64,000 nt of DNA from Bacteroidales bacterium (GTDB taxonomy: Bacteria > Bacteroidota > Bacteroidia > Bacteroidales > GWA2-32-17): the NCBI GenBank assembly GCA_013314715.1, contig JABUFC010000012.1, positions 169-64,168 of the forward strand, written 5' to 3'. The position numbers and the translations under genes were made by a program. Shown piece after piece: positions 27,241 to 36,400 of this stretch (positions are counted from its first letter, which is position 1; every line of letters starts with the position of its first letter). Under the pieces are notes generated by a model, which was not told the DNA's origin, did no database searches, and saw nothing but the letters and a program-made list of their open reading frames with translations.

Positions 27241-27993
27241 TTAATTTTGAAATTCTTTCTTTATCCAGTCATATCCTTTTTCTTCTAACTCGAGAGCAAG
27301 TTCTTTCCCGGCTGTTTTTACAATTTGACCGTTGTACAATACATGAATAATATCGGGCACAATATAATCTAACAGTCGCTGATAGTGAGTAATGACAATG
27401 GTTGCAGTGTCGGGTCGTTTGAGTTTATTGACGCCATTTGCCACTACGCGTAAAGCGTCGATGTCTAAGCCGCTATCGGTTTCATCGAGGATGGCTAATT
27501 TGGGTTCGAGCATAGCCATTTGAAAAATCTCATTTTTCTTTTTCTCACCACCCGAAAATCCTTCGTTAACTGAGCGATTGGTGAGTTGTGTGTCTATTTC
27601 TACCAGTTCTTTTTTGTCTCGCATATATTTCAAAAAATCTGAAGATGATAAGGGTGATAGATTTCTGTATTTACGTATTTCGTTAACAGCTGTTCGCATA
27701 AACGAAACCATGCTTACGCCTGGAATTTCAACAGGATACTGAAAACCTAAAAATATACCCATTCGTGCACGTTCTTCGGGAGATAAATCGAGTAAATTTT
27801 TACCCATAAATATCACTTCTCCTCCTGTTACTTCAACATTTTCGCGTCCGGCGAGTACCGAAGCTAAGGTGCTTTTTCCTGAGCCATTGGGTCCCATAAT
27901 AGCATGAACTTCGCCAGGTTTAACTTCCAAGTTGATTCCTTTCAGAATAAGTTTTCCATTTATTTGGGCTTTTAAATTTTTTATCGTTAACAT
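27241..27993 (-). CDS. sufC: Fe-S cluster assembly ATPase SufC
   Basis: Walker A 'GPNGSGKST', signature 'FSGGEKKKNEI', Walker B 'LAILDETDSGLD'. 250 aa. Confidence 0.95.
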   Translation of the reverse strand: MLTIKNLKAQINGKLILKGINLEVKPGEVHAIMGPNGSGKSTLASVLAGRENVEVTGGEVIFMGKNLLDLSPEERARMGIFLGFQYPVEIPGVSMVSFMRTAVNEIRKYRNLSPLSSSDFLKYMRDKKELVEIDTQLTNRSVNEGFSGGEKKKNEIFQMAMLEPKLAILDETDSGLDIDALRVVANGVNKLKRPDTATIVITHYQRLLDYIVPDIIHVLYNGQIVKTAGKELALELEEKGYDWIKKEFQN

Positions 27994-28012
27994 AATTTAC
28001 ATTATTTTAATT

Positions 28013-29455
28013 TTATCCTACACTATTTTCTAAAGATATTTGCAAGAGTTTTTGAGCTTCAACAGCAAATTCCATAGGTAACTGATTTAAAACTTCGCGA
28101 GCATAGCCATTCACAATGAGCCCTACGGCATCTTCGGTGCTTATGCCACGTTGATTGCAATAGAAAATCTGGTCTTCGCCAATGCGTGAGGTCGTGGCTT
28201 CGTGTTCGGCTATAGCGGTCTGGTTGTCGATTTCGATGTATGGGAAGGTGTGAGCTCCGCAACGATCGCTCATGAGCATGGAGTCGCACTGGGTATAGTT
28301 TCGTGCATTATCGGCATTTTTCATGATTTTTACCAAACCACGATAACTGTTTTGACTTTGACCGGCAGAGATTCCTTTGGAAATAATTCGGCTACGAGTG
28401 TTTTTGCCTATGTGTATCATTTTGGTGCCGGTATCGGCTTGTTGAAAATTATTGGTTACCGCTACTGAATAAAATTCAGCAACAGAATTATCGCCTTTCA
28501 GAATGCAACTGGGGTATTTCCATGTTATTGCAGAACCGGTTTCTACTTGTGTCCACGAGATTTTTGCATTTTCTTCTTTGCAAATACCTCGTTTAGTAAC
28601 AAAATTGTATATTCCACCTTTGCCGTTTTTGTCGCCTGGGTACCAATTTTGAACCGTAGAATATTTTATTTCAGCGTTTTTTAAAGCAACTAGCTCAACT
28701 ACGGCAGCATGTAGTTGGTTTTCGTCTCGCATAGGAGCCGTACATCCCTCGAGGTAGCTTACGTATGCATCCTCGTCGGCAATGATGAGGGTACGTTCAA
28801 ATTGTCCGGTATTAGCAGCATTAATACGGAAATAAGTCGATAGTTCCATAGGACAACGTACGCCTTTAGGAATATAAACAAACGATCCATCGCTAAAAAC
28901 AGCGGAGTTGAGGGCTGCAAAATAATTGTCGGTATAAGGAACTACCGAGCCTAAATATTTTTTTATCAAATCGGGATGTTCGCGAATGGCTTCGCTCATA
29001 GAGCAAAAAATAATACCCAAATTTGCCAAGTTTTCTTTAAACGTAGTTTTTACAGATACACTATCCATTACAGCATCGACAGCTACACCCGATAATTGCT
29101 TTTGTTCATCGAGTGGAATACCCAATTTATCAAAAGTTTTTTTAAGTTCGGGATCGATTTCGTCTAAAGAATTAAGGGTAGCTTTTTGTTTTGGTGCTGA
29201 ATAGTAAATAATATCTTGATAATCGATAGGAGGTATTTTTAAATGAGCCCATTGTGGCATTTCCATTTTTTTCCAATACTCAAAAGCTTTTAACCGCCAT
29301 TCGAGCATGAATTCGGGTTCACCTTTTAAAGCTGAAATTTTTTTGATGATGTCCTCATTAAGACCCTTAGGAATAGATTCGGCTTCGATATCAGTAACGA
29401 ATCCGTATTTATATTCCGATTGAGTGATTTTATTCAATATGTGTTCATTTTCCAT
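28013..29455 (-). CDS. sufB: Fe-S cluster assembly protein SufB
   Basis: 480 aa. '[23 protein letters not shown]', '[17 protein letters not shown]' and '[17 protein letters not shown]' are conserved SufB blocks. Confidence 0.95.
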   Translation of the reverse strand: MENEHILNKITQSEYKYGFVTDIEAESIPKGLNEDIIKKISALKGEPEFMLEWRLKAFEYWKKMEMPQWAHLKIPPIDYQDIIYYSAPKQKATLNSLDEIDPELKKTFDKLGIPLDEQKQLSGVAVDAVMDSVSVKTTFKENLANLGIIFCSMSEAIREHPDLIKKYLGSVVPYTDNYFAALNSAVFSDGSFVYIPKGVRCPMELSTYFRINAANTGQFERTLIIADEDAYVSYLEGCTAPMRDENQLHAAVVELVALKNAEIKYSTVQNWYPGDKNGKGGIYNFVTKRGICKEENAKISWTQVETGSAITWKYPSCILKGDNSVAEFYSVAVTNNFQQADTGTKMIHIGKNTRSRIISKGISAGQSQNSYRGLVKIMKNADNARNYTQCDSMLMSDRCGAHTFPYIEIDNQTAIAEHEATTSRIGEDQIFYCNQRGISTEDAVGLIVNGYAREVLNQLPMEFAVEAQKLLQISLENSVG

Positions 29456-29477
29456 ATATATGAAAAAATATTTTTTG

Positions 29478-29485
29478 CAAATTTA
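29478..29485 (-). promoter_or_regulatory. -7 promoter box TAAATTTG for sufBCD
   Basis: The + strand reads caaattta. The reverse complement fits TAnnTTTG, 22 nt upstream of ATG 29455. Confidence 0.5.
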
Positions 29486-29604
29486 ATTAGAATATTTCTA
29501 AATAAAAAGTTCATTAAAGATATTTAACGTTGAAAAGAAAGAAAAGAATTTGATTTATATTATCTTCATAAAAACGAGATAAATTTGTTTATATGATATA
29601 ATTT

Positions 29605-30885
29605 TTATTGTCTGCTTGAATTAATCGCTTTTACACCAACTAAACGTTCGTATAGAGAACTGTTATTTTTCCAGTAAACAAAAATATAGTAATCGTTTTC
29701 GGTTTCGTAGTGATTGCCTTCTATAAAGCCAAAATCGGCTTGATTATTTTTATCTGTAAGGTATGCATAAGCATAATCATAAAATCCTTGTTTTAAAAGT
29801 AAAGTAAGCTCATATCGTTTTTGGTCGTAATTATACGTCATTTGATTGGTGTTATTATATTGCCAACGATTGAAATTGCCAGCTACATATAAATTTCCTT
29901 CTGCTAAAGGAGCTTCGAATGGTAAGAAAAAATGCACATAAACATAATCGGCTTCAATGCGACTATCACGTCCCATACTGTTTTTTACTAAAAAACGTCC
30001 GTTTATATCTTGCCATTGAAAATAGACTTTAAAAGTACGTTTTTCGTCGGGGTACATATAATAATGATATAAGGGGCGTTCAAATTCAATAGCTTGTATT
30101 CGCTCTGCCTGAAAACGAATGCTTTTAGAATCGACCCAACGGAATTCACTTCCGCCTTCAAAAAGATTACCTTGTTCGTAATTATATATCAGTTCGTTGT
30201 CTTTAACAAATTGCGGTTTTAAATCGTATATGGCATTATCAAATCGGAAGTTTTGGCTAATAACAACCGAAATCTCTGCAAAAGGGTTGTTACAACTAAA
30301 AGCGTTTTTAATGGAGAAATCAATTTCTTGATGCGTTTTTCTATACTCGGTTAAAGTTGCCTGATGGGCTTGTGCTGTAATTTGTGTCAAAGGCTCATAT
30401 ACAAAAAAACGAAGTGTTAGTACAGGTTTACTACGGTCGTTATGATGTACCAGTAATAAATAGTTTCCACTTAATTTTATTTTTAGTTGTTCGTTAGGAA
30501 TAGTAAGACTATAATGAATGTACGACTGTAAAGTATTAAACGAAAAAGCATAATTTTTAATAGGACAATCGTCGAAGCCTTCGGCATATTCATAAAAACT
30601 GAGTGACGAAGGTGTCCAGTTTTTATCGCAATGAATAATGGTAAAATAATAATCTTGAATGTTGTCCTGAAAATCATCAAATTGTGCTACCAGTGTGTCG
30701 TTGCTATTCATCTCTACAAATGGATACGATAGTTCATTGCCCAGTTTATGTATTTGTGGAGTATGTATCGTCGATTGATAAATGAAATCGTTATAACGAA
30801 TACTTGAGCTATCAAAATAATCATTTTGAGCATAGGTAAAAGTTGATACGATAAAGAATATTAACCAGATATTCTTATATTTATT
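29605..30885 (-). CDS. DUF5103 family protein (T9SS plug-like), secreted
   Basis: 'LSYPFVEMNSNDTLVAQFDDFQDNIQDYYFTIIHCDKNWTPSSL...SGNYLLLVH...PVLTLRFFVYE' matches my recollection of the DUF5103 / T9SS plug first-domain family. The C-terminus has a CBM-like 'YVAGNFNRWQ'. The track start is TTG 30912. A TAnnTTTG box at 30902-30909 favours GTG 30885, which gives the signal peptide 'MNKYKNIWLIFFIVSTFTYAQ'. Confidence 0.6.
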   Translation of the reverse strand, partial: NKYKNIWLIFFIVSTFTYAQNDYFDSSSIRYNDFIYQSTIHTPQIHKLGNELSYPFVEMNSNDTLVAQFDDFQDNIQDYYFTIIHCDKNWTPSSLSFYEYAEGFDDCPIKNYAFSFNTLQSYIHYSLTIPNEQLKIKLSGNYLLLVHHNDRSKPVLTLRFFVYEPLTQITAQAHQATLTEYRKTHQEIDFSIKNAFSCNNPFAEISVVISQNFRFDNAIYDLKPQFVKDNELIYNYEQGNLFEGGSEFRWVDSKSIRFQAERIQAIEFERPLYHYYMYPDEKRTFKVYFQWQDINGRFLVKNSMGRDSRIEADYVYVHFFLPFEAPLAEGNLYVAGNFNRWQYNNTNQMTYNYDQKRYELTLLLKQGFYDYAYAYLTDKNNQADFGFIEGNHYETENDYYIFVYWKNNSSLYERLVGVKAINSSRQ

Positions 30886-30901
30886 CACAGCTTTTTTATG
30901 G

Positions 30902-30909
30902 CAAATGTA
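30902..30909 (-). promoter_or_regulatory. -7 promoter box TACATTTG for the DUF5103 gene
   Basis: The + strand reads caaatgta. The box lies inside the track ORF (TTG 30912), 16 nt upstream of the in-frame GTG 30885. Confidence 0.4.
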
Positions 30910-30994
30910 CAAATATTTTGCTTTTTTAAATAAAACAATAAGTAATATTTAAATTGTAAATAATATTAAAAAAATATTGAAATATAATCGGTAT

Positions 30995-32494
30995 TTATTT
31001 AAGGTGCAAGTTTTTTTTAACCAATTCTTCGAGCATTTGTTGATCGCGTTGAAGTTGTTCTCTTAAATCGGCATCATTAAAATCTGATAAATATTTTATA
31101 ATATGATCGATGGTTCCTGCAGGAAAAATGTTATTTATTTCGAAACTTTTACGTTTAGCTTGCAATGCCCTTGCCGATTCTACACACGACGAAGGTAAAT
31201 GCCCTAAATATTTTGCCTTATCACGACAATCTTCTTTATGAATATTAACATTAACATAAAGTTTTTCGGCAAGTTCAAGTGCGTTATCTAAAGTAAAACC
31301 ATGTGTTGCTGAGATAACAATACCTGCTAACAATAAATAAACATCGGCAGTTCCATCGGGTGAACGTAATTCAATGGTTTGTTTTTCAGGTTTAGGAAGA
31401 TTGGTAATAATAGCATGAGGATTCGCTGCCGAAGCCATATCTACATTTGTGGTCCAACCTAATGGAACCCTAATTAGTACAGAACGATTACGATCGCCCC
31501 AACATATGTTAGTTGGTGCTTCTTGATGGGGCACTAAGCGCATGTACGAAAGCGGTGTTGTATTGCCAAAAGCAGTCAATGCATCGGCATGCGAAAGAAT
31601 GCCCGCAATCATTTTGCGAGCAATAATACTAAGTTGGCCATTCTCGAGCATAGCATTATGTCCATCTTTTTCGGCTAACATATGAATATGCATGCCACTA
31701 CCTGCTTTGCCAATAGTGATTTTTGGTGCAAAACTAACCGTTATACCATATTGATAAGCTAAATTGCGAAGTACCCATTTGGCTATTAAAATCTGATCAG
31801 CAGTTTGTTCAACAGGAACCGGCAAAAATTCAATTTCATGTTGTTCATAAATATAGTTGTCGTCAGAAAATGCTCCTACTTCTGAATGTCCATACTTTAT
31901 TTTACCACCACATTGCGAAATAAGTTGCATAGCATGATTGCGGAAGTCGTTATATTTAATAAAAGGAACAGATTCGTGATACCCTTTTTGATTGGTTGGC
32001 TCATAGTCATTTACAATGGGAGCAATTACATAATATTCAAGTTCTCCTAATGCTTTAAATTTGAGCCCTGTTGTTTCTTGAAAATATTGATGAGCCTTTT
32101 TAAGTATATATTCGGGAGCACTTTCGAGTGGCTTCCCTTCATTCGTATAAAACGAACATAAAATATCTACAGCAGGAATTTCAGAAAAAGGATTGACAAA
32201 AGCCGTAGAATAACGAGGTATAACATATAAATCGCTCGAACCTGCTTCAATAAATGAAAACAAACTCGAACCATCGACACGTTCGCCAAAAGTTAAAATA
32301 GTTTCTAAATACTCAAGGCTTGATATATAAAAGTTAAGCGTTTTTAATCGTCCATCTTGTGCGACATATCTAAAATTAACCATTTCAATATGATGATCGC
32401 AAATATACTTTATGATGTCTTCTCGTGTAAAAGTTTCAGCATCTTTTTGTAAATATTTTTCAATTAAATTAGAATGAAGAGCATACCTTTCCAT
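30995..32494 (-). CDS. glnA: Glutamine synthetase family protein
   Basis: 'GSGMHIHMLAEKDG', 'HSEVGA' and 'NRSVLIRVP' are classic GS catalytic-domain blocks. ATG 32494 ('MERYALHS') is preferred over the track's TTG 32512. Confidence 0.85.
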   Translation of the reverse strand: MERYALHSNLIEKYLQKDAETFTREDIIKYICDHHIEMVNFRYVAQDGRLKTLNFYISSLEYLETILTFGERVDGSSLFSFIEAGSSDLYVIPRYSTAFVNPFSEIPAVDILCSFYTNEGKPLESAPEYILKKAHQYFQETTGLKFKALGELEYYVIAPIVNDYEPTNQKGYHESVPFIKYNDFRNHAMQLISQCGGKIKYGHSEVGAFSDDNYIYEQHEIEFLPVPVEQTADQILIAKWVLRNLAYQYGITVSFAPKITIGKAGSGMHIHMLAEKDGHNAMLENGQLSIIARKMIAGILSHADALTAFGNTTPLSYMRLVPHQEAPTNICWGDRNRSVLIRVPLGWTTNVDMASAANPHAIITNLPKPEKQTIELRSPDGTADVYLLLAGIVISATHGFTLDNALELAEKLYVNVNIHKEDCRDKAKYLGHLPSSCVESARALQAKRKSFEINNIFPAGTIDHIIKYLSDFNDADLREQLQRDQQMLEELVKKNLHLK

Positions 32495-32584
32495 AATAAA
32501 AAATTTTTGCAAATTAAGAAGTTTTAATCGGAAAAAGAAATATTAAATAACCAAAATTTAAATTTGAAGTGAAACAAATTTGAC

Positions 32585-32592
32585 TACTTTTG
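32585..32592 (+). promoter_or_regulatory. -7 promoter box TACTTTTG
   Basis: Fits TAnnTTTG, 14 nt upstream of the ATG (32607) of the unlisted 54-aa ORF. Confidence 0.4.
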
Positions 32593-32606
32593 CGTATTAA
32601 AACAAT

Positions 32607-32771
32607 ATGATTATGAACGACCTTCAACTTTTTTCTATAGAAATTATTAAAGAACTTGAAAAGAAATTTAAAAATGCTTGTTGCAACAAAACAGCAGAAG
32701 CATATTTAGATTGTGCACTTTTAATTAAGCATAAACTTAAAGAATATGAAAAAAAACAGGCAACTAAATAA
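32607..32771 (+). CDS. Possible small protein (54 aa, 4 Cys), hypothetical
   Basis: This ORF is below the track's size cutoff: 'MIMNDLQLFSIEIIKELEKKFKNACCNKTAEAYLDCALLIKHKLKEYEKKQATK'. A perfect TAnnTTTG box (32585-32592) lies 15 nt upstream of the ATG. No other support. Confidence 0.3.
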   Translation: MIMNDLQLFSIEIIKELEKKFKNACCNKTAEAYLDCALLIKHKLKEYEKKQATK

Positions 32772-32803
32772 AATTAAATACGTCTTTTAAAAAAATATTG
32801 AAC

Positions 32804-33406
32804 ATGAAGATTCTTATATTTTTTATCATTTTAATCTACTCCATCAATCAAACGTGGGCTCAAACGCAGCGTATAGACACCTCTAAGGTAAAGACCATGA
32901 AATTGGTAAAAAGCAAGCAGGAGTTTAAAGAACATTTCAAAGATTCCGATTCGTATTTGGTTTTACAGCCTCCTGTATTATTTCCTCAAACGCATGTGTT
33001 TATTTCACCTCCAAAAAATTTTAAACCGGTTGACAACATTCGCGGTTTTATACATTTGGCAACTACCACTTCAATAACGTGTACAGAAATCAAAGGCTAT
33101 CATTATACACAATTATGCGAACAATTAACATCAGAATATATTGCCAGTCAAAATGCCGTATTAAATGCAACCGAAGATGTGGTATTAGATAATGGAACTC
33201 AAGGAAAGCTATTTACCATTTCATTTACCATTCCAGCAAAAGACTCCCTTCATAAAGACACACCCTTTGAACGTGTTATGCTATTTACAGGCGATATGGA
33301 AAACACCATTTGGCTCAATGCTACTTACCCTCAATCGGTAAAACGCTTTGTCGAAAAAATTGTTCGCAAAAGTCTGTTATCTGTTAAACCTGAAAAACAA
33401 GACTAA
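32804..33406 (+). CDS. Small secreted protein, function unknown
   Basis: Signal peptide 'MKILIFFIILIYSINQTWAQ' from ATG 32804 (the track uses TTG 32798). The stop lies 2 nt before the ATG of the 1418-aa adhesin gene, so the two are probably co-transcribed. Confidence 0.55.
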   Translation: MKILIFFIILIYSINQTWAQTQRIDTSKVKTMKLVKSKQEFKEHFKDSDSYLVLQPPVLFPQTHVFISPPKNFKPVDNIRGFIHLATTTSITCTEIKGYHYTQLCEQLTSEYIASQNAVLNATEDVVLDNGTQGKLFTISFTIPAKDSLHKDTPFERVMLFTGDMENTIWLNATYPQSVKRFVEKIVRKSLLSVKPEKQD

Positions 33407-33408
33407 CC

Positions 33409-36400
33409 ATGAGCACACGAAAAACAATACTGCTTCTAATGGTAATTTTTCTGCTGAACTTTAGTTCTAAAGCTCAAACCTATACCATTAGTCACGATAT
33501 TCCTTGGCATACCGAAAATCAAAACATGTGGGGACCCAACGGTACTCCTTTTAACCTAAACTTTACATACGAACTTTTTCATATAGAATTTGATACTTCT
33601 ATCTCTATTGGATATATGGAAGAAGTATTAGGTGAGCAAGTAGGAGCTATGTTCAATATAAATGCCCACATGTTATTGGGTTCAACATTCGACATGCACG
33701 GTTGGACTACTGGATGGATCGATGTTGATTACCCGGTTCGCGTAAATTATGAAATTCCTAATAATTACACATTCAATCCTGGTGAGGTTGTTACCATTCA
33801 TTCCGATTACGAAGTACTACCCGGGTGGGAATTATATAGTCATTTTCCGCAAGCTGGCGTCATCTCGCTCGATTTAGATTATGGTTTTGGTTTAGATATC
33901 AATGCCGATGTTTGTTTGTTTGGGTGCGACAATATTCAAATTGTTGATATAAACATGCCTGATGACTCTATGGCGATATTTTATTTAAATGGGCAAACGG
34001 GCGAAGTCGCTTATCCTTGTGTTGACCCTAATAGTTGGTTGGGTTTTACCATTTGCCATGATGATATTTTACCTATCACGTTCAATAATCTTTTTGGTAT
34101 TGGCTTGAGTGGTTGGATAACTCTGCCCTACATCGAAACAACCGATTGGTTAGACGACTCAGACCCATGTCACCAAATTCTTGGAGCCAATGGAGATAGT
34201 GCTTATGCAGGTATTGATTTAGATATCATACAGTTTTTACATTTTTTAGCTGGTTTTATACCACCGCCCCAAGGTCCTGCTATTCAACAATTTTTAGACA
34301 TGCTGCATGGCACTTATAATTTTAGTATTATTTCCATCGAATATAATTTGCTTTCTGCTCATTTAGGTATGAGCAATACGTTGCAACAAGACTTAACTTT
34401 TACACCAACGGTATATTCTATTTTTACATTTCCAACTCCTGTAGAATACTGGATAACCGACCCACATAATGGTAATCAGGTTGTTGATCAAGGAATTTCA
34501 GATAGTATTTCTTTTGCAACTTGTATGGATTTTAAATATCGTTATCCTTGCTTCAACTGGCCTCAAATGCCAATTGGCATGGCAGCACACTTAGGAAACG
34601 ATTTTAATAACCATGTTTGGGATAGCATTGCTTTTAATTTTATTATTCAAGCATTAGAATTTACAATTACGATCGATTTGCCTTTCAAATCGGCTATTAT
34701 CGTCCCTGAATTTTGCATTCCTCTACCCGATAGTACACAAGCAGAAAACCCAAATAGTGAAGTTTGTGCTCCTGCTATTACCGGAGATGAGTTGGTTCAG
34801 TTAAAACAATTGTCTGATTCTGCCGGCAACACAGGGACGTATGATGATGGCAATAATGGAACAGACCCACATATTTTAGACTGGACCTTCCACATAGGAC
34901 CGCTTATTGATATCAATTTGCCTTTAGGATACATTCCTTTAACTTGGTATGATAATACTTGGGAATTGGCCGGATTTCAGGATACTATTTTCCCCGGTAT
35001 TGTTATGATTCCCAATCCAGAATTTGAATTAGTTTCTATAACTCATACAGATAATATTTGTGCAGGTGATAGTATTGGTACTATTACAGTAACAGTCGCC
35101 AATGGTACATTGCCTTATATTTATACCTGGTCGAATGGTGTGGTAGATACCACCAATTCCACATCAGATAGTATAACTGGCTTATTAAGTGGCACTTACA
35201 CGGTTACCGTAAGCGACATCAATGGCTGTTCGCATACGGCATCTGCTACTATTATTGAAACCAATCCTCCTATTAACATGCATTTGATACCTGTGAACGT
35301 TCTTTGTCATGGAGACAGTACCGGAGTTATTTATTCGCAAGTAACAGGAGGAACACCTCCTTATACTTATCAATGGACACCCTTGGGAGGCAATGGACCG
35401 AATGCGACTAACTTACCCGCCGGAACCTATACACTATCAGTAACGGATGCTGTAGGTTGTCCAAAAGTTGATAGTACCACCATAACCGAACCTGCCACCT
35501 CATTGAGCGTTGTGCTTGATTCTTTAGAACATGTGCTTTGCTATGGAGGCAACAATGGTTATTTAGCCATAACAGCCAGTGGGGGCACTCCACCTTATAG
35601 TTATATTTGGTCAAATGGTTCTACCAACGAAGATGTGAATAATTTATATGCGAATACTTATACTGTAACTGTATCAGATGACCATCATTGTACCATAACA
35701 TTAACAGAAACAATAAGCCAACCACCTTTGTTAGCAGCCGTAATTATGCCTACCCATGTTACTTGTTACGGGTTTTCAAATGGAAGCGCTAACTTAATTG
35801 TTGGTGGTGGAACTCCTCCTTATCAGTATATCTGGAGTACAGGAGATACTACCGAAGACATTAGCAATTTACCAACTGGAACCTATTCCGTTACGGTTAC
35901 CGATAGCCACCAGTGTACAACTATAGCTGAAGTATTTATACAACAACCCTTGGCACCTCTTACGGCTACTTACGAGGTTACTGATGTGCTTTGTCATGGA
36001 TACTCAACCGGTGTTATTAATTTAACACCTGCAGGAGGAACTCCTGCATATAGTTATCAATGGAGCAGTGGGCAAACAACCCAAGATTTAAACAACATCC
36101 CTGCTGGAAATTATTCGGTTACAATAACGGATTTTAATGGTTGTACCGAAACCTATTCCATGACGGTTAATGAACCTCCAACTTATGTAAGTACACAATT
36201 ACAAGTAACCGATGTGCGTTGTCATGGCGAAATAAATGGTGCTATTAACCTAACTGTTACTGGAGGTGTACCTCCTTATCAAATACAATGGAATAACGGT
36301 TCTGCCAATGAAGATATTGGCTTTTTAACGTCTGATTGGTATTATGTAACAGTAACTGATAGCCATGGTTGTATTATTGTTGATTCAGCATTTGTTCGTG

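Noticed and set aside
25873-29455. suf operon contains only sufB, sufC and sufD, with no sufS/sufE/sufA downstream
   Set aside because: Absence from this window does not show absence from the genome. The cysteine desulfurase may be encoded elsewhere. Not informative without the full genome.
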